DNA of 64,000 bases, taken from Rebecca billardiae RCC1528 (lineage: Eukaryota; Protista; Haptophyta). The notes beneath the pieces were generated by a model. It was given only the letters and a program-made list of their open reading frames with translations. It did not search any database and was not told the DNA's origin. The position numbers were made by a program, and so were the translations under genes. Below, piece after piece: positions 32,101-41,000 of the stretch (position 1 is its first letter; each line of letters opens with the position of its first letter). Where the stretch lies: contig OZ251228.1 of the NCBI GenBank assembly GCA_965240325.2, positions 1,426,001 through 1,490,000 on the forward strand, written 5' to 3'.

Positions 32101-32826
32101 CAGCGGCGGGCCACCCGTGAGCGCGCGTGCGACGAGAGACTCGGCCCGTGGGCACGCCTCTGAGCGGGGGCACGACGACGTGGATGAGCCCAGAAAGGAA
32201 GTCGGCGCGCCGCCGGGCGCGCGTCGACCGGCGAGGATGAGCGGCGCGTCGGGATCGTCGAGAGCGACGACGAGCGCCAGCAGCGAGGTGCTGGAGTCCG
32301 TGGATGCACTGAGCGTGCGTGTCGGCTCGACCCACGCCAGCCGCGATGGCGGCATGCCACCTCCGCTGCGCGCCGCAGGCGCGCGCAGCGGCGGCGGCGC
32401 ACCGGCGCCGGCAGATGTCGCCGCCTGGCGAGCCCGCGCGTCGCCGCCGACGCGAGGCGGCGGCAGCCGCGAGCGGTCGAGCAGCGCTGAGGCAGCCACG
32501 CCCGGCGCCAGCGAGGCGAGAGGCGTGGAGCCGCCCCGCCCCGCCGGCGCGAGCGGCGGCGGCGGCGCATCGCAGCCGACAGCCGGCGCGGTTGGGCGCG
32601 CGCGCTTGGCGCCGTCGACGCGGGGCGGCTGCAGCCGCGCGCGGGCAAGCAGCACGGCAGCACCCACGCCCGCCGTCACCGCCGCGACTGGCGAGGAGGC
32701 GGCAGATGACGAGTCGCCTGCGCGCGCAGCCTCAGCACGCAGCGACCGCGGCGAGGCAGCGGCGGCCAGCCCACCCGGCAAGGGAGCAGCAGGTGGTACC
32801 GCCGGCAGGGGCACCTGGGCGCTCAT
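29173..32826 (-). CDS. Pol: DIRS-type reverse transcriptase + RNase H, ending in a 2A-like GEASNPGP and a probably premature TGA
   Basis: RT motifs LTDDVADFFNHL, LGFGLSPSSNIAQRLS, FTDD and WLG. RNase H motifs FSDA, ALEF, TDS and NPLADAASRG. The first ATG (32826) overlaps the ORF1 stop as ATGA. Confidence 0.9.
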   Translation of the reverse strand: MSAQVPLPAVPPAAPLPGGLAAAASPRSLRAEAARAGDSSSAASSPVAAVTAGVGAAVLLARARLQPPRVDGAKRARPTAPAVGCDAPPPPLAPAGRGGSTPLASLAPGVAASALLDRSRLPPPRVGGDARARQAATSAGAGAPPPLRAPAARSGGGMPPSRLAWVEPTRTLSASTDSSTSLLALVVALDDPDAPLILAGRRAPGGAPTSFLGSSTSSCPRSEACPRAESLVARALTGGPPLTGIYATRLRGAECRFGGEAHVVALPSRTRPPRSPMLAAGCEWFPLGAFAGSDLYEPAAAACAALVDVLPRRMPPLAATGPAGSSAARDLALAAARQRSWAQGARAAEATDAALRAMIAVRAASLPATEGQSLTGWGDRVRTDRSSIPVALQGHSMRVPLGSLAALPFDSTSARFDPPHTNVPTPRRQRATSYRPRSVADILLPAALELVAGWRRREEADLRAYLSLGSAARRTNAPLAIGQDLFHPEARGIVWDLRSKVDGVYLPLDFSAPLESRTLMPDALEAAVGPDFPDRELLSFVRHGVRFKADVALQLVLLPHLTTLGAAASSVHKELLRLAARGWYSFWDDFPFLPCRLSPQGSTPRKLEPDRHRRTTDGGAPRRALVDTAGVPVIPLNVAVGLHDEVADAAAGWHDVPRPAAAAPSAAAERMIAAGLTPTLPRAPPRKWPREAKPTVGGKMHDNAILLDAAAVFGEPILTLTDDVADFFNHLGVATAELPNVCLLWLRPDGEGVAAGGHVVVSESRLGFGLSPSSNIAQRLSTTVVQIASRCFDDEELPRFEAMLADPLTPPAVRSWIEQRRALAVTTRRPQLRLFSGDCFTDDTNFSIVGVDRTVRFLSVWHRVTTSLGLLMAIPEKRQIGQSALWLGCDFVVCAGVLAVPPAKILRALVILDDLLASRPVPFSTFRALVGLLEHFRPLTPANRTFFYGLYTHFGELGRHPARPVPITATLRAACARWAKLLRSTAGVLFSNALPGPSTRRHLPAAAPPAFVLFSDAAKDGARVPSLGGYAHGLCWSLPLRASDLALPVVALEFVALFANVLIFAPRIAGAVIRLRTDSSVTDHILHNLSAHSPLLQHAHLALLDAPEWRAIAELADSEFLLSEMNPLADAASRGEFGVLERLCAQLGLRPTWLAVPVVRVQALLDELVALLSRPLVLAADPPMPLRGERVGEASNPGPVWRRSRVRGAPPAVGACR

Positions 32827-34388
32827 CGCCGCGCGCGCGGCAGCGCCCGCGGGCCCGGCGGCGACCGCCGCCGCGGACGCCGGCGAGAGAAGCGGGCAGC
32901 AATCCGCCGGCGGGCGCCCACATAGTGGCCCGTCGGCAAGCCAAAACCCGAGGGCCAAGCGTCGAGAGCATGCTGGGCGAGGTCGACGGCATCGAGCGAG
33001 TGCGCGCCGGCGCCGATCGCGCCGTGGCCGGGTTGGCCCGAACACGGGCAGCGCCGGATGGCCACGTCCGCGAGTGAGGGCTTGGCCCTGCCGTCGGCGC
33101 GCAGCTTCGGGAACCGCGTGGCCACGACCGGCAGGCACGGGTCGACGTGCATCACACTCACGTACGCCGCCGAGAAGGAGCTCAGGCGGAAGAGGCCCAA
33201 GTTGTCCGAGAGCAGCCCGATGCCGAAGCAGTCGTGCGTCTCGGAGACGACATAGCCGACAGGGGGGCCGAAAGGCTTGGTGTTGAGGATGGTCACCTGC
33301 ACGTCCGAGCCGTCGCTCGGCGCAGCGGCAGCAGGCCCGCGCGCCAACTGGCGCTGCTTCTTGCTCGGCGGGGGTTGCAGCTGCGCGCGAGCACGCCCCG
33401 GAGCGGTGGGCGACGGCTGCGGTTGCCCGCGCAAGGGGTTGGCCGGGGTGCTCGGGCCGGGGCCTGCCGACTGGCCGGCGCCCTGGCTGGCGCGGAGAGC
33501 GAGCATCCGGTCGACAAACGCCGCGCTCTGGTTCCAGGTGATCATGGTCGCCTGCGTGGAGCGACAGGCCTCGCGGATGGTGGCCAGCACGACCGACGAC
33601 GGGTCGAGGAACGGCAGCTCAGGAATGCGCGCGAGCGGGTTGGGGTCGGCGAGGGCGACGCCAAAGCGCGTCTCGAGGTCAGCGAGCATCTCATTGACCA
33701 GAGCGACAGCAGCCGTCACCGCCAGGCCGATGCTGACGGCGGCCTGCAGTTCGACGAGCTTGCCAAAGAAGGAGTCGATCTCGGAGACGCCGACGTAGCC
33801 GAACAGCTTGATCGCCGCATCCTCCACGAGATGGAACATCCGGAGGTCTGTCAGCGTGTCCGAGAGCAGCGCCTCGAGCGACACGAACGGCGTCAGCGCG
33901 CAGTAAACGGAGTGCTGCGAGAGGGCGGCGGTGAGCGCGTGCGAGAGCTCGACGATGCCCAGCGCCGTGAACTTGCCCGCCACGAGCGAGGAGCAGAGCT
34001 TGGATTCGAGCGTGAATGTCATCGACGCCTGCAGCTCGGGGACGTCCTCCCTGAGTCGCGCGGACAAGGCGCGCGCCAGAGGGCGGCCCCGCGCGGCCAT
34101 CGAGAGCGTGATGAGCTGGAGGTTGCCGAGCTGCGAGGACGGGCTGGAGCCGGCGAGGACGCGGCGGATGAGGGTGAAACTCGACTGCAGCAGGAGGATC
34201 TCGCGCTGCCCAGCCGGGCTGGAGGCCGCCTTGAGGTCGAGCTCGCGCCACTCCGGGTTGTCCAGGAGAAGCGAGGCCGAGCCGGCAGCAGAGGAGCGCG
34301 GTTGCCGCCGAGGCCCGAGCTCTGCGCAGCGGAGCCGCCATCGCCAGAGCCGAGGCCGACGAGCCTGGCGCGGACAAGCTCGAACGTG
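32823..34388 (-). CDS. Gag-like ORF1 of the retroelement, 5' disrupted
   Basis: Helical ORF directly upstream of pol with a C-terminal C...CPC...H...H cluster (DPCLP...RRCPCSGQPGHGAIGAGAH). The 5' end runs into a T18 tract and a foldback. Confidence 0.65.
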   Translation of the reverse strand, partial: HVRACPRQARRPRLWRWRLRCAELGPRRQPRSSAAGSASLLLDNPEWRELDLKAASSPAGQREILLLQSSFTLIRRVLAGSSPSSQLGNLQLITLSMAARGRPLARALSARLREDVPELQASMTFTLESKLCSSLVAGKFTALGIVELSHALTAALSQHSVYCALTPFVSLEALLSDTLTDLRMFHLVEDAAIKLFGYVGVSEIDSFFGKLVELQAAVSIGLAVTAAVALVNEMLADLETRFGVALADPNPLARIPELPFLDPSSVVLATIREACRSTQATMITWNQSAAFVDRMLALRASQGAGQSAGPGPSTPANPLRGQPQPSPTAPGRARAQLQPPPSKKQRQLARGPAAAAPSDGSDVQVTILNTKPFGPPVGYVVSETHDCFGIGLLSDNLGLFRLSSFSAAYVSVMHVDPCLPVVATRFPKLRADGRAKPSLADVAIRRCPCSGQPGHGAIGAGAHSLDAVDLAQHALDAWPSGFGLPTGHYVGARRRIAARFSRRRPRRRSPPGPRALPRARR

Positions 34389-34447
34389 TTTTTTTTTTTT
34401 TTTTTTAACCGCCACGCCGCTGCCAGCGCCCGCTGTCGTTCGTTGCT

Positions 34448-34613
34448 CTCGCGGGCGCCCTCTCGACCTCGGGCAGCAGCTCAACCGCCACGCCGCTGCC
34501 AGCGCCCGCTGTCGTTCGTTGCTCAAATCCCTATTTGAGCAACGAACGACAGCGGGCGCTGGCAGCGGCGTGGCGGTTGAGCTGCTGCCCGAGGTCGAGA
34601 GGGCGCCCGCGAG
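34448..34613. repeat. Perfect foldback palindrome, 81-bp stem with 4-nt loop, built from the family-2 B repeat
   Basis: 34448-34528 is the reverse complement of 34533-34613, loop CCCT. A further partial inverted copy lies at 34407-34448. Confidence 0.95.
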
Positions 34614-35523
34614 TCGTCAGTCACTGAGCAAGGTCGATTAAGGCTGATGGCTCGCTGACACTGCAGTGCTTCCATATCCGCCAGAGGCCGAGGGTGGGCG
34701 GGCGGGCAAACGATGAAGCGTGCGGGTTGACGCGACAGCGGCGAGAGCAAGAGACCATTGCATGAGGGGCGACGCGGCGAAGACAGATGATGACGTCGCG
34801 CCGCCGAACGATCAGGCGGGGAGCCGGGCCACACAGACAGCCAGCGACCTTACCGAGCAGAGGGGCTGCGGCGACTGCGGTGCACCTCCTGCAGCGGAGC
34901 GTGCACCCGGCAGTGCCCGATGCAGGCGATTCCCTTGCCCAGCTCGGCGCCTTCGTCGTGAGCAGCCCCATGGCGCCCCCGAGAGTGAAGCCTGATCGAT
35001 CCGATGTGAGCGGTAACCAACCGAGTCCTGCAGGTGCGCCGCTGTGGGCCAGATTGGCAGCGCACCAGGACTCCTGCGCGCGGCGGTGCGCACAGGACAA
35101 CGCAGGAATGCCGTGCGAGCCGGATTCTTGGCGTCGCTCATAGACACTCAGTTATAGGTTCCCTATAACGCCACGTCTAGCCACTCCGCCATGCCCGGCT
35201 CGTACAAGGCGTCGGGTACGAATGGACTCTGGAGCTGGATGGTCGCGGCGCGCGGCGTCGTGGAGTAGACAGACCACGATGATCAATCATGGAACGATCA
35301 GGTTAGCTATGTTGGGATTTGAGCAACGAACGACAGCGGGCGCTGGCAGCGGCGTGGCGGTTGAGCTGCTGCCCGAGGTCGAGAGGGCGCCCGCGAGTCC
35401 CGTTTATAAGTTGGAGCGGGCGTCCAAGTAGTCGTTGATGAATCCCGTTTAGAAATAGAAGAGACGAGGACTGCGCGGCCGCGCGCGCACGATCGATCGC
35501 GACGCGCGGCGAGCAGACACGCG
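34533..35523 (-). mobile_element. Truncated copy of the family-2 miniature split-repeat element (partial B2, spacer, A2, B1, partial internal)
   Basis: Close match, with scattered substitutions and indels, to ~38270-39273. A/B junction at 35174|35175. Confidence 0.9.
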
Positions 35524-35879
35524 ATATAGACCGCGTTCCGCGGTCCTTTTCCGTAGAACCAACGCAGTTGGGGGCCCGCGGCGCAGTGGTTGAGAATGAG
35601 ACCGTGACGTCGTCAATCCGCACGGTCTGGCGTCTGCCTGGCAGTCAGACAGGCCGAGCCGCACCGTCTCGGAGAGTGAGTGAGAGTCAGACCCGTCCGT
35701 CGGACTCGCGGCGCGTGAATGGGCGCGCCGACGGCCAAGGGTGGCACGGGACACCAGCGGACGGGCCGCGCGGGGAAGCGGGGCGGCGCGCGCGCAGGGC
35801 GAGAGGCGCGGACGGGCCGCCGCGCGGGGAAGCGGGGCGGCGCGCGTGCAGGGCGAGAGGCGCCGCGCGGCGCGGGCCG

Positions 35880-36560
35880 GCGCGTGCGCGCGCGCGCGCG
35901 CACCTGCTTGAGGTGCTCTCGCTGCGCCATGCGCTCGACGAAGGGCCGCTGGTCGCTCAGCCGGCGCGCCTCGGGCCGGCATAGCGAGAGCGCGCGCCAC
36001 TGCTGCCCGCCCACGCTGCGCAGCCACGCGCAGACCGAGCGGAGCTCGGGGTGGGACGAAGCGAGTGGCGTGTCGCGCCCGCCGCCAGGCGCACGCGTGC
36101 CCTGCTCCGCACCGCGCCGCCGTGCTCGCCCGCCGCCTGCTCCGCCGCGTCGGCCTCGAGGATGGCGGCGGCCAGCGGCAGGCTGAGCGGCGCGCGCTCG
36201 CCCACCGTAGCTTCGAGGGCCGTCCACACCTGCTCGAGCTGCTGCAGGGCGTGGACAAGGGCAGCGCGCGCGCCCAGCGCATCCGTGCCGCGTGACGCAG
36301 CGCGTCGAGCTCGGCGTCTCGCTTCGCCAGCTCGGCGCCCAGCGCCTCTGCGCGCACGCGTCGAGCTCGGCGTCGCGCTTTGCCAGCTCGGCGCCCAGCG
36401 CCTTCACGCGCACGTGCTCGTGTATCTGCGCGCGCACGGCCTGCGCGCCGCCGCCCATCTGCGCGCGCAGACTCGGACTCGTTGCGGCTGGCTGCTAGGG
36501 AGTGCTAGGGTGCGCGCCGCGTAGTCGATGGCCAAGGCCTGCAGCCAGCGCGCCTGCACC
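35880..36560 (-). pseudogene. Degenerate gene fragment with HMG-box-like remnant
   Basis: HPELRSV...GQQWRALS...QRPFVERMAQRE resembles HMG helices 2-3. Frames are broken, there is an internal ~55-bp tandem duplication (36301-36412), and an intron-like CG-rich tract follows. Confidence 0.35.
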
Positions 36561-37260
36561 GAGAAAAGAAGGCGCGGCACGCGCGCTATAACCCAGTCCA
36601 CGCAGACACGCGAGCGCGTGCTGGAGCGGCGCGCCGGGGCAACCGTCCACGTCGGCCGCGCGGGAGCCGCAGGTACTCTCGCGTGCCTGCGCGACGCAGC
36701 GCGCACGCACAGCGAAACGGGCGCGGGGTAGAATTCAGGAGAGCGCCGCCGCCCGCGCACCACCCCACCGAGAGTGCGCACATGCGCACGCCACGACATG
36801 GCACGACATGGCGCACGAGTCGGACGCAACGCCCGACAGACAGAAGCCTTCGAAAATCCGCGCGCGCCCGCAAACGCGGCCGCGCGCGCGGGCGGGCGCG
36901 CGGGCGTGCGTGCGCCACCCGCGCGGGAGGCGCCCGCGGCCGCGCGGGCGGCGCGCGCGCGGCGCGCGCTCCGCGCGGTCGTCCACACCGATGGCGGTCG
37001 ATCGAGGGCGACGAGGGCTCGCCCCGTTTTTGGAGCGAGCGCGTGCCGCGCGCCCCCTGGCCCCCAACTGGGTATGATAATACCCACAATTACCCAAAAT
37101 GACCTTATGCCCCCAACACCGTTATGATAGCGAGCCAATGTACTGATATGATAGACTGAACGAGAGTACCCACAATTACCCAATCTATCATTTTACTATG
37201 GTCACACTAGAACGAGAGTCTACCCACAAAATTTACCCAGCCTGGCACACTTGGGCGTGG

Positions 37261-37560
37261 GTTTCGTTGATTCCTCTGTTCACTATTCAAGACGGCGGAC
37301 GCGACCTTTTTCGACGCTAATCCATGTGTTAGGAGGTCTCAAAAAATCGAAACTCGGTCTCCCCACTCTGGAAAACACCGCCCCGTCCCTTTTTTCTTTG
37401 ATCAAAGATCTTAATTTGAAACGTGGTTCGGGCCCGCTGGTGCGGGCTCCACGCTGCGCGCTCCGCCCTGCACCGCGGGCCATAACGACGTGGTATGCAA
37501 CGGGCAAGCGTCAGGCTCAGAGTGCAGCAGACACATAGAATATGCGTCCGCGCCTACTTC
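37261..37560. repeat. Dispersed repeat family, copy 1 (related copies inverted at 46814-47100 and 58615-58716)
   Basis: The reverse complement of 37380-37483 aligns with 46814-46935 (ATGGCCCGCGGTGCAGGGCGGAGCGCGCAGCGTGGAGCCCGCA...CACGTTTCAAA...AAAGGGACGGG). The reverse complement of 37460-37556 aligns with 58615-58716. Confidence 0.8.
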
Positions 37561-37566
37561 CAATAT

Positions 37567-38022
37567 GTGGCGTTATAACGGAGTTATAACCGAGTGTGTC
37601 GGGAGGCTGGAAAGGCGACGCGCAGCTGGTGGACAAGGGCCGCCATCGTCTTCTAGGTCCTGCAGGTAGTTGTAGCCGATTTCCGGAGCTCATCGGCCAC
37701 GGAGCTATCCTTTATCATCATCATGGCGGCCGCTGGTCCTTTCATATCGGCCAACCACACTGGCTCCTCTATAAGTACCCGCTCCGCTCCACTATCCGGC
37801 GCTCGAGATCATATCCAAGATCATCTTAAGTCGGCATGGCAACGTATTACCAAAGTTCATCAAGCAGCCCACCTATCAGAGCTCGCTCGATCATCGGTTA
37901 CACGACCTTTCCGCTTTCGGGCCAAGCTGCTCATCTCTAGGCCACCCCTGCTTGCCTGCGCATCGCCATCAGCAAAGCCCGAGGTCTCATCTCCTCTGCG
38001 TTCCTTGCTTGTGCTCGTTGCG

Positions 38023-38025
<3 letters not shown>
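37567..38025 (+). mobile_element. Solitary family-1 A repeat (element 5' end), inverted relative to the RT element
   Basis: Reverse complement of 27498-27947 with roughly 14 substitutions and 6 indels by eye. Begins CAATAT|GTGGCGTTATAACGGAGTTATAAC. Confidence 0.92.

Positions 38026-38092
<67 letters not shown>
38026..38092. repeat. (TA)n microsatellite abutting the 3' end of the family-2 concatemer
   Basis: Pure TA run of ~33 units. Confidence 0.95.
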
Positions 38093-38095
<3 letters not shown>

Positions 38096-41000
38096 TAGCC
38101 ACTCCGCCATGCCCGGCTCGCACAAGGCGTCGGGTACGAATGGACTCTGGAGCTGGATGGTCGCGGCGCGCGGCGTCGTGGAGTAGACAGACCACGATGA
38201 TCAATCATGGAACGATCAGGTTAGCTATGTTGGGATTTGAGCAACGAACGACAGCGGGCGCTGGCAGGGATTTGAGCAACGAACGACAGCGGGCGCTGGC
38301 AGCGGGTGAGCGGCGTGGCGGTCGAGCTGCTGCCCGAGGTCGAGAGGGCGCCCGCGAGTCGTCAGTCACTGAGCAAGGTCGATTAGGGCTGATGGCTCGC
38401 TGACGCTGCAGTGCTTCCATATCCGCCAGAGGCCGAGGGCGGCCGGGCGGGCAAACGATGAAGCGTGCGGGTTGACGCGACAGCGGCGAGAGCAAGAGAC
38501 CATATTGCATGAGGGGCGACGCGGCGAAGACAGTAGATGATGTCGTCGCGCCGCCGAACGATCAGGCGGGGAGCCGGGCCACACAGACAGCCAGCGACCT
38601 TACCGAGCAGAGGGGCTGCGGCGACTGCGGTGCACCTCCTGCAGCGGAGAGTGCACCCGGCAGTGCTCGATGCAGGCGATTCCCTTGCCCAGCTCGGCGC
38701 CTTCGTCGCGAGCAGCCCCATGGCGCCCCCGAGAGCGAAGCCTGATCGATCCGATGTGAGCGGTAACCAACCGAGTCCTGCAGGTGCGCCGCTGTGGGCC
38801 AGATTGGCAGTGCACCAGGACTCCTGCGCGCGGCGGTGCGCGCGGGACAACGCAGGAATGCCGTGCGAGCCGGATTCTTGGCGTCGCTCATAGACACTCA
38901 GTTATAGGTTCCCTATAACGCCACGTCTAGCCACTCCGCCATGCCCGGCTCGCACAAGGCGTCGGGTACGAATGGACTCTGGAGCTGGATGGTCGCGGCG
39001 CGCGGCGTCGTGGAGTAGACAGACCACGATGATCAATCATGGAACGATCAGGTTAGCTATGTTGGGATTTGAGCAACGAACGACAGCGGGCGCTGGCAGC
39101 GGCGTGGCGGTTGAGCTGCTGCCCGAGGTCGAGAGGGCGCCCGCGAGTCCCGTTTATAAGTTGGAGCGGGCGTCCAAGTAGTCGTTGATGAATCCCGTTT
39201 AGAAATAGAAGAGACGAGGACTGCGCGGCCGCGCGCGCACGATCGATCGCGACGCGCGGCGAGCAGACACGCGTCAGAGTGCGCCGCACCCGCGCGACGC
39301 ACGGGCGCGAGGCGAGCGCGTATCTCAAACGATGAAGCGTGCGGGTTGACGCGACAGCGGCGAGAGCAAGAGACCATATTGCATGAGGGGCGACGCGGCG
39401 AAGACAGTAGATGATGTCGTCGCGCCGCCGAACGATCAGGCGGGGAGCCGGGCCACACAGACAGCCAGCGACCTTACCGAGCAGAGGGGCTGCGGCGACT
39501 GCGGTGCACCTCCTGCAGCGGAGCGTGCACCCGGCAGTGCTCGATGCAGGCGATTCCCTTGCCCAGCTCGGCGCCTTCGTCGCGAGCAGCCCCATGGCGC
39601 CCCCGAGAGCGAAGCCTGATCGATCCGATGTGAGCGGTAACCAACCGAGTCCTGCAGGTGCGCCGCTGTGGGCCAGATTGGCAGTGCACCAGGACTCCTG
39701 CGCGCGGCGGTGCGCGCGGGACAACGCAGGAATGCCGTGCGAGCCGGATTCTTGGCGTCGCTCATAGACACTCAGTTATAGGTTCCCTATAACGCCACGT
39801 CTAGCCACTCCGCCATGCCCGGCTCGCACAAGGCGTCGGGTACGAATGGACTCTGGAGCTGGATGGTCGCGGCGCGCGGCGTCGTGGAGTAGACAGACCA
39901 CGATGATCAATCATGGAACGATCAGGTTAGCTATGTTGGGATTTGAGCAACGAACGACAGCGGGCGCTGGCAGCGGCGTGGCGGTTGAGCTGCTGCCCGA
40001 GGTCGAGAGGGCGCCCGCGAGTCCCGTTTATAAGTTGGAGCGGGCGTCCAAGTAGTCGTTGATGAATCCCGTTTAGAAATAGAAGAGACGAGGACTGCGC
40101 GGCCGCGCGCGCACGATCGATCGCGACGCGCGGCGAGCAGACACGCGTCAGAGTGCGCCGCACCCGCGCGACGCACGGGCGCGAGGCGAGCGCGTATCTC
40201 AAACGATGAAGCGTGCGGGTTGACGCGACAGCGGCGAGAGCAAGAGACCATATTGCATGAGGGGCGACGCGGCGAAGACAGTAGATGATGTCGTCGCGCC
40301 GCCGAACGATCAGGCGGGGAGCCGGGCCACACAGACAGCCAGCGACCTTACCGAGCAGAGGGGCTGCGGCGACTGCGGTGCACCTCCTGCAGCGGAGAGT
40401 GCACCCGGCAGTGCTCGATGCAGGCGATTCCCTTGCCCAGCTCGGCGCCTTCGTCGCGAGCAGCCCCATGGCGCCCCCGAGAGCGAAGCCTGATCGATCC
40501 GATGTGAGCGGTAACCAACCGAGTCCTGCAGGTGCGCCGCTGTGGGCCAGATTGGCAGTGCACCAGGACTCCTGCGCGCGGCGGTGCGCGCGGGACAACG
40601 CAGGAATGCCGTGCGAGCCGGATTCTTGGCGTCGCTCATAGACACTCAGTTATAGGTTCCCTATAACGCCACGTCTAGCCACTCCGCCATGCCCGGCTCG
40701 CACAAGGCGTCGGGTACGAATGGACTCTGGAGCTGGATGGTCGCGGCGCGCGGCGTCGTGGAGTAGACAGACCACGATGATCAATCATGGAACGATCAGG
40801 TTAGCTATGTTGGGATTTGAGCAACGAACGACAGCGGGCGCTGGCAGCGGCGTGGCGGTTGAGCTGCTGCCCGAGGTCGAGAGGGCGCCCGCGAGTCCCG
40901 TTTATAAGTTGGAGCGGGCGTCCAAGTAGTCGTTGATGAATCCCGTTTAGAAATAGAAGAGACGAGGACTGCGCGGCCGCGCGCGCACGATCGATCGCGA

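Larger units (their letters stand above)
27152..34406 (-). mobile_element. DIRS-group (Ngaro/PAT-like) split-direct-repeat retrotransposon, family 1; 5' A1 end and recombinase missing
   Basis: Minus-strand order: gag-like ORF, RT-RNase H ORF, minisatellite, B1 (28212-27948), A2 (27947-27498), 80-bp spacer, B2 (27417-27152), (TA)n. B1 and B2 differ by a single indel. Confidence 0.85.
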
